Counted from the stretch's first letter, positions 40,365-52,670 are shown. The stretch: DNA of 64,000 nt from Vicugna vicugna (GCA_013265495.1 MU058444.1:1736001-1800000); one strand, 5' to 3'. The notes: a model not told the origin generated them from the letters alone. Translations and numbers: made by a program.

Positions 40365-40554
40365 AAGACAAATCTAACCCAGAATGAAATATTTGCCATG
40401 TGTATTTCTAGCCAAAGACTGGTGCCTTGGATATATTTTATAAGACTACACTCAATAAGAAAAATACAAATAATCGAATAGGGCAATGGGCAAAGATTAC
40501 AAACAAGAAACTCAAATGAGAAACCCAAATACCCAATAGGAAAATATTGAGCCA

Positions 40555-40702
40555 TCTTTTTTTTTTCTTATTTCAGCTGATTTGATTGATTGATTGATTG
40601 ATTTTTTGTTGGTTGGTTGGTTTTTAAAGGAAGTACTGGGGATCAAACCCATGACCTTGTGCATGCTAAGCATGCGCTCACCCACTGAGCTAGACCCTCC
40701 CC
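40555..40702 (-). mobile_element. tRNA-derived SINE (Vic-1-like)
   Basis: gtactggggatcaaacccatgaccttgtgcatgctaagc...tgagctagaccctcccc. TSD TTGAGCCA at 40547-40554 and 40703-40710. Confidence 0.9.
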
Positions 40703-41687
40703 TTGAGCCAGTTGATATTAGGAAAATACCAACTAAAGCAAAATACTACCCACACCTACAAAAATACATTAACACCAAAAGCTAGACAGGATATAGGGAA
40801 ATTGAAATCCTTGTTCCTAAAGAGAGAATGAATATAGTGGCACAACCACTCTGAGAACCAATTCCCAATGCTTATAGTAAAGCTGAGAATTAAAAAAAAA
40901 AACAAAAACATGTCTTACAATCTCATGCTTCTATTTTAAGGAGTATACTCTGAAAAACTGACCTGTGTCCACAAGGAGACACGGAGGAGACGTATGTGTC
41001 ACTGCAGCATGGTGTGTCATCAGAAAAAAATGGACACAGCTTAATCTTCCGTCAGTAAAAAGGGGAATAAACAAACCCCAGCTATTTTAAGGCAGTAAAA
41101 ATGGTTGTTTTAGAGCTTTTCGTGCCAATATGTTAAGCAAATACAGGAAGTTCTGGGAGAAATAAACAAGACGCTATCTATGTAAATTTTTAATTTACAA
41201 AATAATAATATATGTTGTTTGGAGGTACATACATATATAGGAAAAGCACAAAGGTATACATTGGAATAATACACAGCAAGCTTCAGACAGTGATTATTTC
41301 TGGGTTTGAAGACATGAGGGTAGATCTTTAGTGGTTCATCTGCAACTATGAGTGATAGGTTTGTTGTGGCTTTCTATTCTTTTCCTATGTGTTTAAAATA
41401 GTCTCTAATTAATATTTTTTATTTAAATCCTTTAATGGTTTCCTATTGCCTTCAGGACAGAGTTCTAGCTCCTTCTCAAACAAGCCCTTTCATGATGTGT
41501 TCCCATCTACCATTCAGGAATCCTCCGTGTCCACAGTCCTTGTGGTACCTTCCATCGTGGTATCTTTCCCAACTCAAAGAGAATTAGGATTCTGTCTCAC
41601 ATGGAAACTTCAGATGACTTCTGATGTAATAATTTCTGGTTTACATGTCCATCTTCTCCCACCAAAATGTGAGTTTCTTTTTTTAAT

Positions 41688-42845
41688 TGTGTAATTTTTT
41701 ATTGAGATACAGTTGATGTGCAATATGATATAACTTACAGGTGTACAACATAGTGATTCACGATTTTTCAAAGTTACAGTCCATTTACAGTTATTGTAAA
41801 ATATTGGCTCTATTCCCTGTGTTGTACAATATATCCTTGTAGTTTATTTTACACATAATAGTTTCCATCTCTTAATGCAAATCAAAACTACAATGAGGTA
41901 TCACCTCACACCAGTCAGAATGGCTGTCATTCAAAAATCCACAAATGACAAATGTTGGAGAGGCTGTGGAGAAATGGGAACCCTCCTACACTGCTGGTGG
42001 AAATGCAGTTTGGTGCAGCCACTATAGAAAACAATATGGAGATTCCTCAAAAGACTAGGAATAGACTTACCGTATGACCCAGGAATCCTGCTCCTGGGCT
42101 TATATCTAGAAGGAACACTACTTCAAAAAGACACCTGCACCCCAATGTTCATAGCAGCACTATTTACAATAGCCAAGACATGGAGACAGCCTAAATGTCC
42201 ATCAACGGAAGACTGGATAAAGAAGATGTGGTATATTTATACAATGGAATACTATTCAGCCATAAAAACTGACAACATAATGCCATTTGCAGCAACATGG
42301 ATGCTCCTGGAGAATGTCATTCTAAGTGAAGTAAGCCAGAAAGAGAAAGAAAAATACCATATGAGATCACTCATATGTGGAATCTAAAAAACAAAGCATA
42401 AATACAAAACAGAAATAGACTCATAGACACAGAATACAAACTTGTGGTTGGCCAAGGGGGCAGAGAGTGGGAAGGGATAGACGGGATTTCAAAAATGTAG
42501 AATAGATAAACAAGATTATACTGTATAGCACAGGGAAATATATACAAGATCTTATGGTAGCTCACAGAGAAAAAAATGTGACAATGAATATATATATGTA
42601 AATGTATAACTGAAAAATTGTGCTCTACACTTGAATTTGACACAACATTGTAAAATGATTATAAATCAATAAAAAAAAGTTAAAAAAAAAGAATCAGGGA
42701 AATATGACACCATCAAAGAAACTCAATAAACTTCCAGTAACTGAAAAAACAAAATAGTTTCCATCTCTTAATCCCCTCTCCTTATTCTGCCCCCTCCACT
42801 CTTCCCTCTCCCCACTGGTAACCACTAGTTTGTTCATGAGTTTCT
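41688..42845 (-). mobile_element. L1 3' end (host element), split by a younger plus-strand L1
   Basis: tttttattgagatacagttgatgtgcaat... continues after the insertion as cccctctccttattctgcc...ctggtaaccactagtttgtt. Confidence 0.8.
41877..42752 (+). mobile_element. Young 5'-truncated L1 (ORF2 C-terminus plus 3'UTR) with 3' transduction
   Basis: L1 ORF2-end-like translation MFIAALFTIAKTWRQPKCPS...[18 protein letters not shown]. Perfect 20-bp TSD AATAGTTTCCATCTCTTAAT at 41857-41876 and 42753-42772. Confidence 0.95.
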
Positions 42846-43284
42846 TGAGAACAGAGATATATCTGGATTTCTCCCCTTCCCAATGGTATTTCATAAAGCT
42901 TTCATATATTAGAAATTCAATAAATGGGGGATGGATAGATATAGACAGACATCCACTGCTGAATGTCAGCCCTGTTTCCCACCAGCTTTTGGTTCTTGGA
43001 GAGACGTTCTTTGTCCATCAAGTATTGGACATCACTCTTGTCCATCCCTGGGGTTCAGAGATGGGGTGACCTCTCTCTCCCCCTACATGCCCACTTATCC
43101 CAGATTGCACGTTTTCAAAACCTGGTGCTACTACTTACACTGTAGCTGTACCTGTACTTTCACTCTTGGACCATACCATCTAATCACAGAAGTGCAATTA
43201 CCTACAGATCAAGATGGAAACGTTTTGGGAGATTGGCCCAAATCTAGGCGCTTCTGTATTTTCATCTACATCCTGCTGGAAACC

Positions 43285-43425
43285 ATGGCATAGTTGAAAG
43301 AGTACAGGTTTTTAGTGAAAACAGATTTAAATTCTTAATCTACCACTTACTGTGTGACTTAAAACAAGTTTCTTAATCTCTCTGGGGCTTACTTTTCTCC
43401 TCTCTAAAATCAGAAATAAAGCTAC
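43285..43425 (+). mobile_element. MIR SINE
   Basis: taccacttactgtgtgacttaaaacaagtttcttaatctctctggggcttacttttctcctctctaaaat. Confidence 0.65.
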
Positions 43426-44357
43426 CTTTTAAAACGGTTTTATCTCTCAACAAGTTGGACTTCCAAGAATAAACTTTGTTTACCAAAAAAATTATTAAAA
43501 TATTTTTGTATACTGTCTTCTAAATGCTTGTTTTGCCTTAAACATCAGATAAATAAACTACCTAGATCTGATTTTTTAAAAAAGAGCTACCCTACCTACC
43601 TTTAAGTGTTGTTATAAATGCTGCACAAAATGGCATAAAAGCACTTTGTAAAGCCTCTCTCACCATTGGAAAGACTCAATAATATTTTTCTTCCATTCTC
43701 CTTGAATTTTTTAACACCAGGATTTACAAAAATGAGTGGAAAAAGCAATGATTGCTACAGTTGAAAAGAATACCCCATTCCCTAAATATTCATAGGCCAT
43801 TATCTGCACATTTTAAGCAGGCATCCTTCATGTTCCTGTAAGTGTGTCTCCTGTAATTCATGTGCATGTGTATTTCCTAGTTGGCTGACGTGTGTGAGTT
43901 CCTAGAGGGCAGGGTTTAAAGCCACTAATTCCCTAAGCCACACTATGCTTTTCGTGTTATATGTAAGCAATCAGTTAAATATTTTGATGGCCCATCCACC
44001 ATTGGTAAGCTATTTCGTTGTATCTGTTTTCACAGTGGTGGTAGAGTTATGCTAATCCATCTGCACTTTCCGAGATGCCTTCTTTTGGGGTCACACATCA
44101 GCGGGATGACTGGCTAAGACAAAGTGTACAGAATGTGGTTTGTGGAGCTCTACAGAGTCAACTGGCATGTGGGACCTTGGTTCCAATCGACCAACCAAGC
44201 CAGCCGAGATACCATCCAACCCCACAGAGAAGACCAACATTATTATTTTTGGAGAAGAGTTGATTTTTAGAAAAATCTGTATTTTAGCTTTGAAATTGTG
44301 AACCAAGTAGGGCCAAAAAGTGGTGATAACAACAAAAATATCAAAACAGCAAAAAGA

Positions 44358-44496
44358 GTGGTAGCTCACAGAGCAAAAAAATGTGACAATGAATACATGT
44401 ATGTTTATGTACAACTGAAACATTATGCTCTACATTGGAATTTGACACAAGATTGTAAAATGACTATAACTCAATTAAAAAAGTGTTAAAAAAAAA
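44358..44496 (+). mobile_element. Young L1 3' tail
   Basis: tggtagctcacagagc...tgactataactcaattaaaaaagtgttaaaa. 15-bp TSD AAAACAGCAAAAAGA at 44343-44357 and 44497-44511. Confidence 0.9.
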
Positions 44497-44941
44497 AAAA
44501 CAGCAAAAAGATAGCCATTCCCTGTTTACATCCAGAGAATCTTCCATTCTGGCCAAGGAGGTCCTTTAGAACCCGTCCACACTAGGATGACTCAGAGAGA
44601 TGCTGAGAAGCCCACTTTTTCTCTCCTTCTACTGTGCTCTTTGTGAGCCAGATAATCCCCACTGGAATCATCACCAAAGCCTCTTGATTACGGTCAACCT
44701 CACACAGATGTGAGGGTGGACAGCTGTACGAAGCCAGTGCTAGGTCAGCATTATTCGCTGCCTCTGACTCCGGGAACACTCCAGTTCAAGTCCCATCTCT
44801 AATACCTGCAGAGTCCCTGGAGCCCTATTATCTTGACACTGCCTTTTTACCCAGGTCAAAACTTCTTACCTAAGCTGCATTTTTCCACATCTTTTTGCAG
44901 GTGTAAACTAAATAATCTTTAAAAAGTATGAGATCCTTTGC

Positions 44942-45075
44942 TTATATATTTTTATTGAAGTATAGTCAGTTTACGATGTCATGTCAATTTTTGGTGTACA
45001 GTACAATGCTTCAGTCATACATGAACATACACATATTCATTGTTATATTCTTTTTCACCATAAGTTACTACAAGA
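44942..45075 (-). mobile_element. L1 3' tail
   Basis: tttttattgaagtatagtcagtttacgatgtc...cataagttactacaaga. 22-bp TSD TAAAAAGTATGAGATCCTTTGC at 44920-44941 and 45076-45097. Confidence 0.9.
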
Positions 45076-46311
45076 TAAAAAGTATGAGATCCTTTGCCTC
45101 AGCATCTCTCACATGTTTAAAATAACAAGATATGTAGTCATTTCTTTCTGAAAATTAAGTACATGAGAAAATAAATCTGTATGTTTAGAACGTGAGTCCT
45201 AATTACAGATTCAAAGCAACTTATAAGTATTTCCTGTATTAAGCAAGCAGGTCCTATTCAGGGGTACACAGGATCTTCATATGTCTGAGTTTTTCCAAAA
45301 ATGTGGCCAGTCACATTTTTAAGATGTAGAGTTTGAGTGCCAATTATGAAATATATTAAGTTTCAAAATGAGAAGAAATAGTGTTGGAGAGTACTACTCT
45401 CAAAAGTGATCGAAATATGATGTTAGCTTTTTAATTAAAATGAGATTTCTATGAATGGACATTCTGTGAGTTTCACTGAATGGTGTCCTCTGTCTGGACA
45501 ACTGGACCAGCGAGTGAAGAGAGCCCCCGTTGGCAGGGTCCCGCTGCTGGGTCATCTGAAAACAAACCACTGATTAAGTCCAGCTTCATCTCAGTTAACC
45601 CAATCACCGGGTTAGCCCAGAAGTCCAGCCCAACAGTGACAACCAAGGATTGACTTTCCTCAGAGACTCAGAAGAAGATGCCTTAAATACATTTAATGAA
45701 CAAGAAACTCCCTAGAAGGAGGAAAATCAAGGGAATGGCCCTTAAGGAAAATTAACCAATGAACTGAAAGGTTCTAGAATGTCCCTCTGACCCAATTTCA
45801 TTGTTTAACAGATGAGCATCTGGAGCTCGATGAAATTAAATATTCTAACCAACATAAAATGCAGTGACAGAGCCAATGTCAGAACTGTGTCCCCAGAACA
45901 GTGTTCTTCTCCATTGAGCATACTCCCTCCCTTAACTGGGAAAAGGTTTAATGTTATTGTTCCAGAAGCTTCCCATCGGAGTCAGCCTCTGGCTTAACCA
46001 CATGCGGCATCAGGAATCTCAAGAAGACTCCACCCACTGCTTAACCCGGAGCAGCACCGTCGCCCTCTTGTCCTGGCTCTGCAAAGCGTCCGCTCCGTAA
46101 TCCTCCTGGTCACTGGATCTCAGTGAGAGCTGCAGGCCCCCTGTGCACAGAGAGGGGCAGCCCGCCCTACTCCATGAGGACCAAACGTGATCAGGAAAGC
46201 TCAAGAGTTTCTCTTACTATGACAGACATGCTCTACAAAGTACTGAAAAGTGTATGTCCCCAAATGAGAAGATGCCCAGTCTTTGATCTATACTATTAAA
46301 CTATCTGAATA

Positions 46312-46998
46312 GGATGGTGATTCCTTAAAAAACTAAAAACTGAGTTACCATATGATCCAGTAATCCCACTCCTGAGCATATATCTGGAGAAAACTCTAAT
46401 TTGAAAAGACACATGCACCCCAATGCTCATAGCAGCACTATTTACAATAGCCAAGACATGGAAACAACCTAGATGTCCATCAACAGATGACTGAATAAAG
46501 AAGATGTGGTATATTTATACAATGGAGTACTATTCAGCCATAAAAAAGAATGAAATAATGCCATTTGCAGCAACATGGATGGACCTGGAGATCATCATAC
46601 TAAAGTAAGTCAGAAAGAGAAAAACAAATACCATATGATATCACTTTTATGTGGAATCTAAAAAAATGACACAAATGAACTTATTTACAAAACAGAAATA
46701 GACTCACAGACATAGAAAACAAACTTACGGTTACCAGTGGGGGAAGGGGGTGAGAAGGGATAAATTGGGAGTTTGAGATTTGCAGATACTAACTACTATG
46801 TATTAAATAGATAAACAACACATATCTACTGCATAGCACAGAGGACTATATTCAATATCTTGTAGTAACCTGTAATGAAAAATAATATGAAAATGAATAC
46901 ATGTATGTTTATGTATGACTGAATCATTACGCTGTACACCAGAAATTGACACAACACTGTAAACTGACTATACTTCAGTAAAAAAAGAAAAACAGAAA
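46312..46998 (+). mobile_element. 5'-truncated L1 (ORF2 end plus 3'UTR)
   Basis: ccatatgatccagtaatcccactcctg...catagcagcactatttacaatagccaagacatgg...cttcagtaaaaaaa. TSD AAACTAT(C/A)TGAATA at 46298-46311 and 46999-47012. Confidence 0.93.
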
Positions 46999-47147
46999 AA
47001 ACTATATGAATACAATTTAGTACCTTTTTCTTTAAAGAAGAATGTATTTAAAATATACATAGAAAACACTAGCTTGGTACAAAATATGAGAAAGGTACCC
47101 AAACTTTTCTAAGGTACCATGCTTTCAAAGTATCGAAAACACGACGC

Positions 47148-47189
47148 TCCCTGGTGGTGGTCTAGTGGTTAGGATTCGGCGGTCTCTCA
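47148..47189 (+). pseudogene. Truncated tRNA-Glu(CTC) 5'-half retrocopy (tailless retropseudogene)
   Basis: TCCCTGG(TGG)TGGTCTAGTGGTTAGGATTCGGCG..CTCTCA matches the 5' half of mammalian tRNA-Glu(CTC) and stops at the anticodon. Flanked by an 18-bp direct repeat. Confidence 0.85.
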
Positions 47190-49295
47190 AAGTATAGAAA
47201 GCACACACTTGATGAATATTCAATAATTTTTTACTCCTAACTCTACTCCAACATGATTTCCAGGCATAAATGTAGCTGGGGACCAAATCAACCCCACTGA
47301 AAATCACTGATTTCATCAATAGAGACTCGCCTCAAGGATTGGTAATTAGAAGATCTTAATGAATGAAAATGCATCTGAACTTTGTAAGTCTTAGATTTCC
47401 TAGCAGGACTCAACCACCATGATCATAATCCTCTGCCCAAAGAATAAGGCAATGAGGTAAAAAGTTATGTTTAGTTAAGATATTAAAAAGAACGTGATGT
47501 TCGCCTTTCTGTTTCAGACTTGATATAAACTCTACTCTTTGACTATCAGTGTTTCTGGGATTTTGCTTCTATTTCAGAATCAAATGTTCTTAAAACAGTA
47601 GATCAGATATTTCAACAAATAATCATAATCGAAAGAGAAATAAATACGCCACACAATTTCACTGCTTGTATTTGCTTGTCATTTTTTGGCCGTGAACAAG
47701 AGAGTCCTTTTAAAACTGGGAGTGTTTCCCTTCTATTTTATTCCGGTTTCACATACAACTAATTGTAAAACATTGTAACAGTGTTGCCGATGAGAATTCT
47801 TATTATACTTCACTTAGTGGCCTGATAAAGGTGGTTGTGTTTTTCACATTTCTCAATCCATACATCTGCGGAGCTCTAACATCACATGCCTAGAGTGAAA
47901 CTGTTACATAAGCTGAGTCTGTGGTACATTTAAAGAATGTAATACAAAGGAGGTACTGCCTCTCTAGGGAGTAAAGATTAAGGCTTATAATTCATCTCTG
48001 TGATGAGATGCAGATTTCCCCTCAGAAGACACAGCATTCATTTGAATCAGTCGAGGAGGATAGTACTGAAGGAAAATTCATCTGGCTGCATTTAAGGTTC
48101 AGAAAAAGGCATGTACAAAAGGATTCTCTGGCTTTCAGCCTGGAGGATTTTCACGTGACTGTCAATTGGATATATTTTCATTCAGTTTAAATCCATATTT
48201 TTTTCAAAAAAAGGGGTGGGGGGGTACTCCCAGGGAGGCGGCTGGGGGAATTTCAGAGCGGATCACACAGATGAGAACTCCCATATTTCAAAAAACAAAA
48301 CCTAAGCCTACTTGATGACTTTGGCAATGGCAGGTCAGTGACTTCTGTCCTGTCTTTGTCTCCTCTTTCCCATTTTTGTTGTCATACCCAAGAGATCGCG
48401 TGTGAGTGGCTCATACATTTGTGTTTTATTAAATGCTGAGAAGGTACATAGTGATGGAAGAAATATCCTTGGTCTAGTCAAAATTAAAAAAAAAACTTTT
48501 GCCTTCCTTAGCTAAGCTAGGGTGGGGCCAGTCGCTTCTGGGATAATCTGTAGTCCCCCCAAAATTACTTCCCATAATAATCAGTCCATAGAATAGTTGT
48601 GTTCATCTGAACACAGGCAGGTGGTCACAGTGATACCAGTAGCAGGGAGAACTAGAAACATGTGGTTTCTATATTCTTTGCTTCTTTAATTATCATCTTG
48701 ATTTTATCTTTCCCTTTTCACTGCCAAGTGTCCTCCACGAAAGGCAAGATGAGGGAAAAGGCCTGTAATTTCTTATGTCATATTTTTATTCAGGCTCTAT
48801 GTGGATGCCACAGGCAGTATTCCTCATTCTGCGACATGCCTTGCAGAAACACCCATTTACTTGCTTTTCCAAATAACTCAATCATTCCATTTTTAAAATA
48901 AAAAAATATATGGAATTCTTCTAAGAATTTAGGTACCAGGTTTACGTCACTTTCTGTATATGTTGGCAAACGACATGCATTAAAATTTCCTGGAGTAAAT
49001 GGTTTCTGGTACAGTTATTCCATTGGACTTTCACGGGTGAAGGAATAATTCTAATAATTCAAAAACTACATCAACGTCTTAATCAGTGTAAAGCTGTATT
49101 TGCACAAGATATTCATGGTAAGCCACCTTTAAATCAAAGACGCTCAGGGAAATGATATCATTAGCTATTGCCAAGGTAACAAAATGCAGCCTGGTTCCTC
49201 TTGATAATCACCAAAAATGTTTCCCCCAATAAGAACTAAATTAATGGATATGCAAAATAGATTCAAATTTTACATTTTGACTTTCAACAGTAAAG

Positions 49296-49776
49296 CACTG
49301 GGAGACAATTCTGCATGGTGTTTCTGAACCTCTTAAATCCGCTTTTCTCTGGACTACTTCCAAGGATGCTGGGAGATACCCAAACAGCCTTGGGGGTTAT
49401 CTGCCTTGTGGGACAAGGGCAAACTTGTTTCCTGGCTGGCAGAATAAAGATGATTTCTTCCTCCAGTACAAACACTGGGCAAGTTTTCTCGTACCCTTTT
49501 TATGAAAGGCTTTCTCAAGCTCAGGGTTCCTCAGCTGTGACATAAACCACTGTGTACCTGGGTCCCTCCACATCACTCTTATGGGACTTGGGGTTGGGAG
49601 AGCAAGACAAACCAATGCGAACCAATCTGAAGCCCATACTGTTTGCTGTGTTGTAAGTAATAAAGTCCTTTGTCTCTGACCCAAGAATCTCTTCTCTGCC
49701 AACCTAAAACCATGGCAGACTAACTTGTTAGATTCCAAGTAGGGTAAAAATCTCAGCCTCTTCACAATTCTTGACA
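49296..49776 (+). mobile_element. ERVL solo LTR (LTR40-like)
   Basis: Starts (cac)tgggagacaattct, contains aagctcagggttcctc and gtaataaagtcctttgtctctgaccca, ends agtagggtaaaaatctcagcctcttcacaattcttgaca. Confidence 0.75.
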
Positions 49777-49807
49777 TAAGCATGGTCAATGCACAATAAT
49801 TGTTTGT

Positions 49808-50068
49808 TATAGAATACAAATTTGTGGTTGCCAAGGGGGTGAGGGGTGGGAAGAGAGAGACTGGGATTTCAAAATTGTAAAATAGATAAACAAGATTATA
49901 CTGTATAGCACAGGGAAATATATACAAGGTCTTATGATAGCTCACAGAGAAAAAAATGTGACATTGAATATATATATGTTCATGTATAACTGAAAAATTG
50001 TGCTCTACACTGGAATTTGACACAACATTGTAAAATGATTATAAATCAGTAAAAAATGTTTAAAAAAA
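49808..50068 (+). mobile_element. Young L1 3'UTR end
   Basis: Near-identical by eye to 42430-42690 (gaatacaaa.ttgtggttg...tgacacaacattgtaaaatgattataaatca). Confidence 0.9.
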
Positions 50069-50099
50069 TGAACAGTACATATATGTAAATTAAAAAAAT

Positions 50100-50635
50100 T
50101 TATGCAGTAAAAAAGAAATAATCTATCAAGCCATGATAGACATAGAAGAAACCTAAAAGAAATATTACTAAATGAAAGAAGCCAGTCTGAAAAGGCTACA
50201 AACTATCCCATGCCAACCAAATGACATTCTGGACAAGGCCCAGCTACAGAAACAATGAAAAGATCATGGTTTCCAGGGGTTTGAGGAGAGGGAGGGAGCG
50301 AGGAATGAATAGATGGAGCACAAGGGATTTTTAGGGCAATGAAATTATTCTGTATGATGCTACAGTGGTGGCTACATGTCATTATGCATTTGTCAAAGCC
50401 CATAGAATGGACAACATCAAGAGTGAGCCCTAATGCAAACTGTGGACTTTGGTTGATAATAATGTGCCCGTGTTGGTTCATTGATTGTACCAAATATGCC
50501 GCACTGATGAGGGAGGCTGAGGGTGGGGGAGTATATATGAGTGGGTGGGGAGGGCTGTGTGCAAACACTGTATTTTCTGCTCAGTACTGTTATGAACCTG
50601 AAACTGCTCTAAAAGAATAAAGTCTATTAAAAAAT
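50100..50635 (+). mobile_element. L1MC-like 3' end followed by (TTA)n
   Basis: ctatcaagccatga...gaaagaagccagtctgaaaaggctaca...gaacctgaaactgctctaaaagaataaagtctattaaaaa. Confidence 0.8.
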
Positions 50636-52289
50636 TATTATTATTATTATTATTATTATTATTTGTTAAATGAGCAAGCCAAATCACTACATATAAAACT
50701 GAACTCCATTATTTATTATGTAGATTTACAATCTTCTTAAGCAAAAGTATCTATGATAGCCTATACTTTGTGCTAGATACAATTAAAACAAAAAATTCTA
50801 ATGATTTTAGTGTTTTCCATTCTGTTATCTACATACTTGATTTCAATAAGTGACAACTACTCAAGTCTCAATCTCTTTGGAACGTGGTCGACGTAAACAA
50901 AAAGTCGTATTTAACACTCAAAAAAAGATTGTGTTTCTAAGAATCGATAGATTTGACCAAATCAAAACATTAAAAACAGTAACACCATGGGCTGCGTTTT
51001 CCTGACATGGCTTTATTTTACCAAGTCCTTTACTGGAAAAAAATACGTCAGTAGGAGCCAGTTGATGAAAGAATGACAGAAGTCATTTGGACAACCATAA
51101 TGAAATGCTACCATTGGACAGTCTCCCATCTATGTAACTCCATAGATTATTATTTAAATGTATTTAACATTTAATGTATTCAAGGGTATTTAACAAAAAT
51201 ACTGCTTTAACTTCCACAACTAGTGAACCAAATCACGCCCACCCCTTTCCCTAACCCCCTCTGACAGTGATGGGAATAGCAAAGACACCATGCAATGCAA
51301 ATTATAACATAAAACAAACACTTAAGTCAATAAACAGGGAAAGGAAGACAAAATCCTGACCCTCCAGGAAAACAAAATCAGAAAGATTTCCCTTTTCTCA
51401 AAATTCTAAAAATGATCACCCTAACCACTAAACTAGTTTAAACACCACTGACTCCTTCAAAACCACAATTTCAATTTTCCCCCCACAAAACCCTCAAAAT
51501 ATTCCATCTTCCTTTAACATGATGCAAGTTACAATAAGGCCATTAGTAAAGCAAACAACTTCCTCTGTGCTAACTGGCCGTGTCTTTCAATCATTTTGAA
51601 ACCCTGAGCTCACAAGAAACTGTCTAACCACTTGATTGACTGATCGCACTGATGCAGAACACCTGCTGCTGAGTGAGGCAACGATGCAAATGTTTTGCAG
51701 CCCTTTCCAAAACTCACTTTCAGTGGTTGCTACTAGTTCATCAGTAAGAAAACTTGAAAGCTTGACGTGGTTAAATTCTCCGCTCAAGTCAGAGAGAACC
51801 TACGTAATTGGTGGAATGAGAGCCGGTAGGTTTCCACTCTGACCGCAGAGCCTGGTACCCAGCTGCCTCACAGTCACTACTTGCGTGAATTTTCAGCTTG
51901 TTCCTGGCCAAAGGAAGATGCTGTTTCAGGTACTCACGGAAAAGAAAATCATCTACGTTATAAGGGAATCTGGTAAGGACTTGGCACAAAAGATCATTTA
52001 AAAAAAAAAAAAGGACTTCAAATGGTAAGAAAATGTCACTGAAATAAATCACAGGCACAATTTTGAAAATGTTCAATCTATTAGTGGCTTTTCACTTTTA
52101 AACATATTGATCATTTAACAGATCCTCTTATCTTTTTTAAGGTGTCTATATTTCTAGACGTTACAATCAGTATTACGCCTGGTATTTTGTGCTTTTCTTC
52201 ACCATTTTTTAAATACTCTTCCCAAGAACCAATAGTGTACAAACACCAAACAGAACAAATACTAAACAGAACTGTCTGAAGAATCCATA

Positions 52290-52670
52290 TGTCTTGAATT
52301 TCACTTTTTTTCCTTTCTCCTCATCCTCTTCAACACTCGTTTCTCATCCCCTTGGTAACAGCCATTCTGACATATGTGAGGTGGCATCTCATTGTGGTCC
52401 CAATTTGCATTTCCCTGATAGTTAGTGATGTTGAGCATCTCTTCGTGTGCCTGATGGCCATCTGTACGTCTTCTTTGGAAGAACGTTTATTCAGATCCTC
52501 TGCGCATTTTTCAGTCGGATTATTTTGTTGCTGTTCTTGAGTTGCTGAGTTCTGTATGTATTTGGACATTAACCTCGATTGGATGTACAACTTGAAAACA
52601 TCCTCTCCCACTCAGTAGGTTGCCCCTCCACGCTGTGATGATCTCCTTCACTGTACAGAAGCTTCCCAGG
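52290..52670 (-). mobile_element. L1 ORF2 C-terminal fragment, CpG-enriched
   Basis: ORF 52330-52611 translates as L1 ORF2-like (..[42 protein letters not shown]..). Confidence 0.85.

Larger units (their letters stand above)
39020..41400 (+). mobile_element. Very old L1ME-like ORF2/3' region, interrupted by two SINEs
   Basis: caacacccattcttgattttaaaa, atggcaagacttcatatcataaagatg, aaaactacagtaattat; strongly decayed. Confidence 0.65.

Noticed and set aside
42145..42387. 80-aa ORF MFIAALFTIAKTW...
   Set aside because: End of L1 ORF2 region in a 5'-truncated insertion, not a host gene.
48213..48253. G-rich run (possible G-quadruplex) and GGGAATTTC NF-kB-like site
   Set aside because: Short motifs with an imperfect kB consensus; expected by chance and unsupported.
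49397..50023. 208-aa minus-strand ORF, the longest in the track
   Set aside because: Runs antisense through an L1 3'UTR and an LTR. The same N-terminus appears at 42371-42643 because it is the same repeat.
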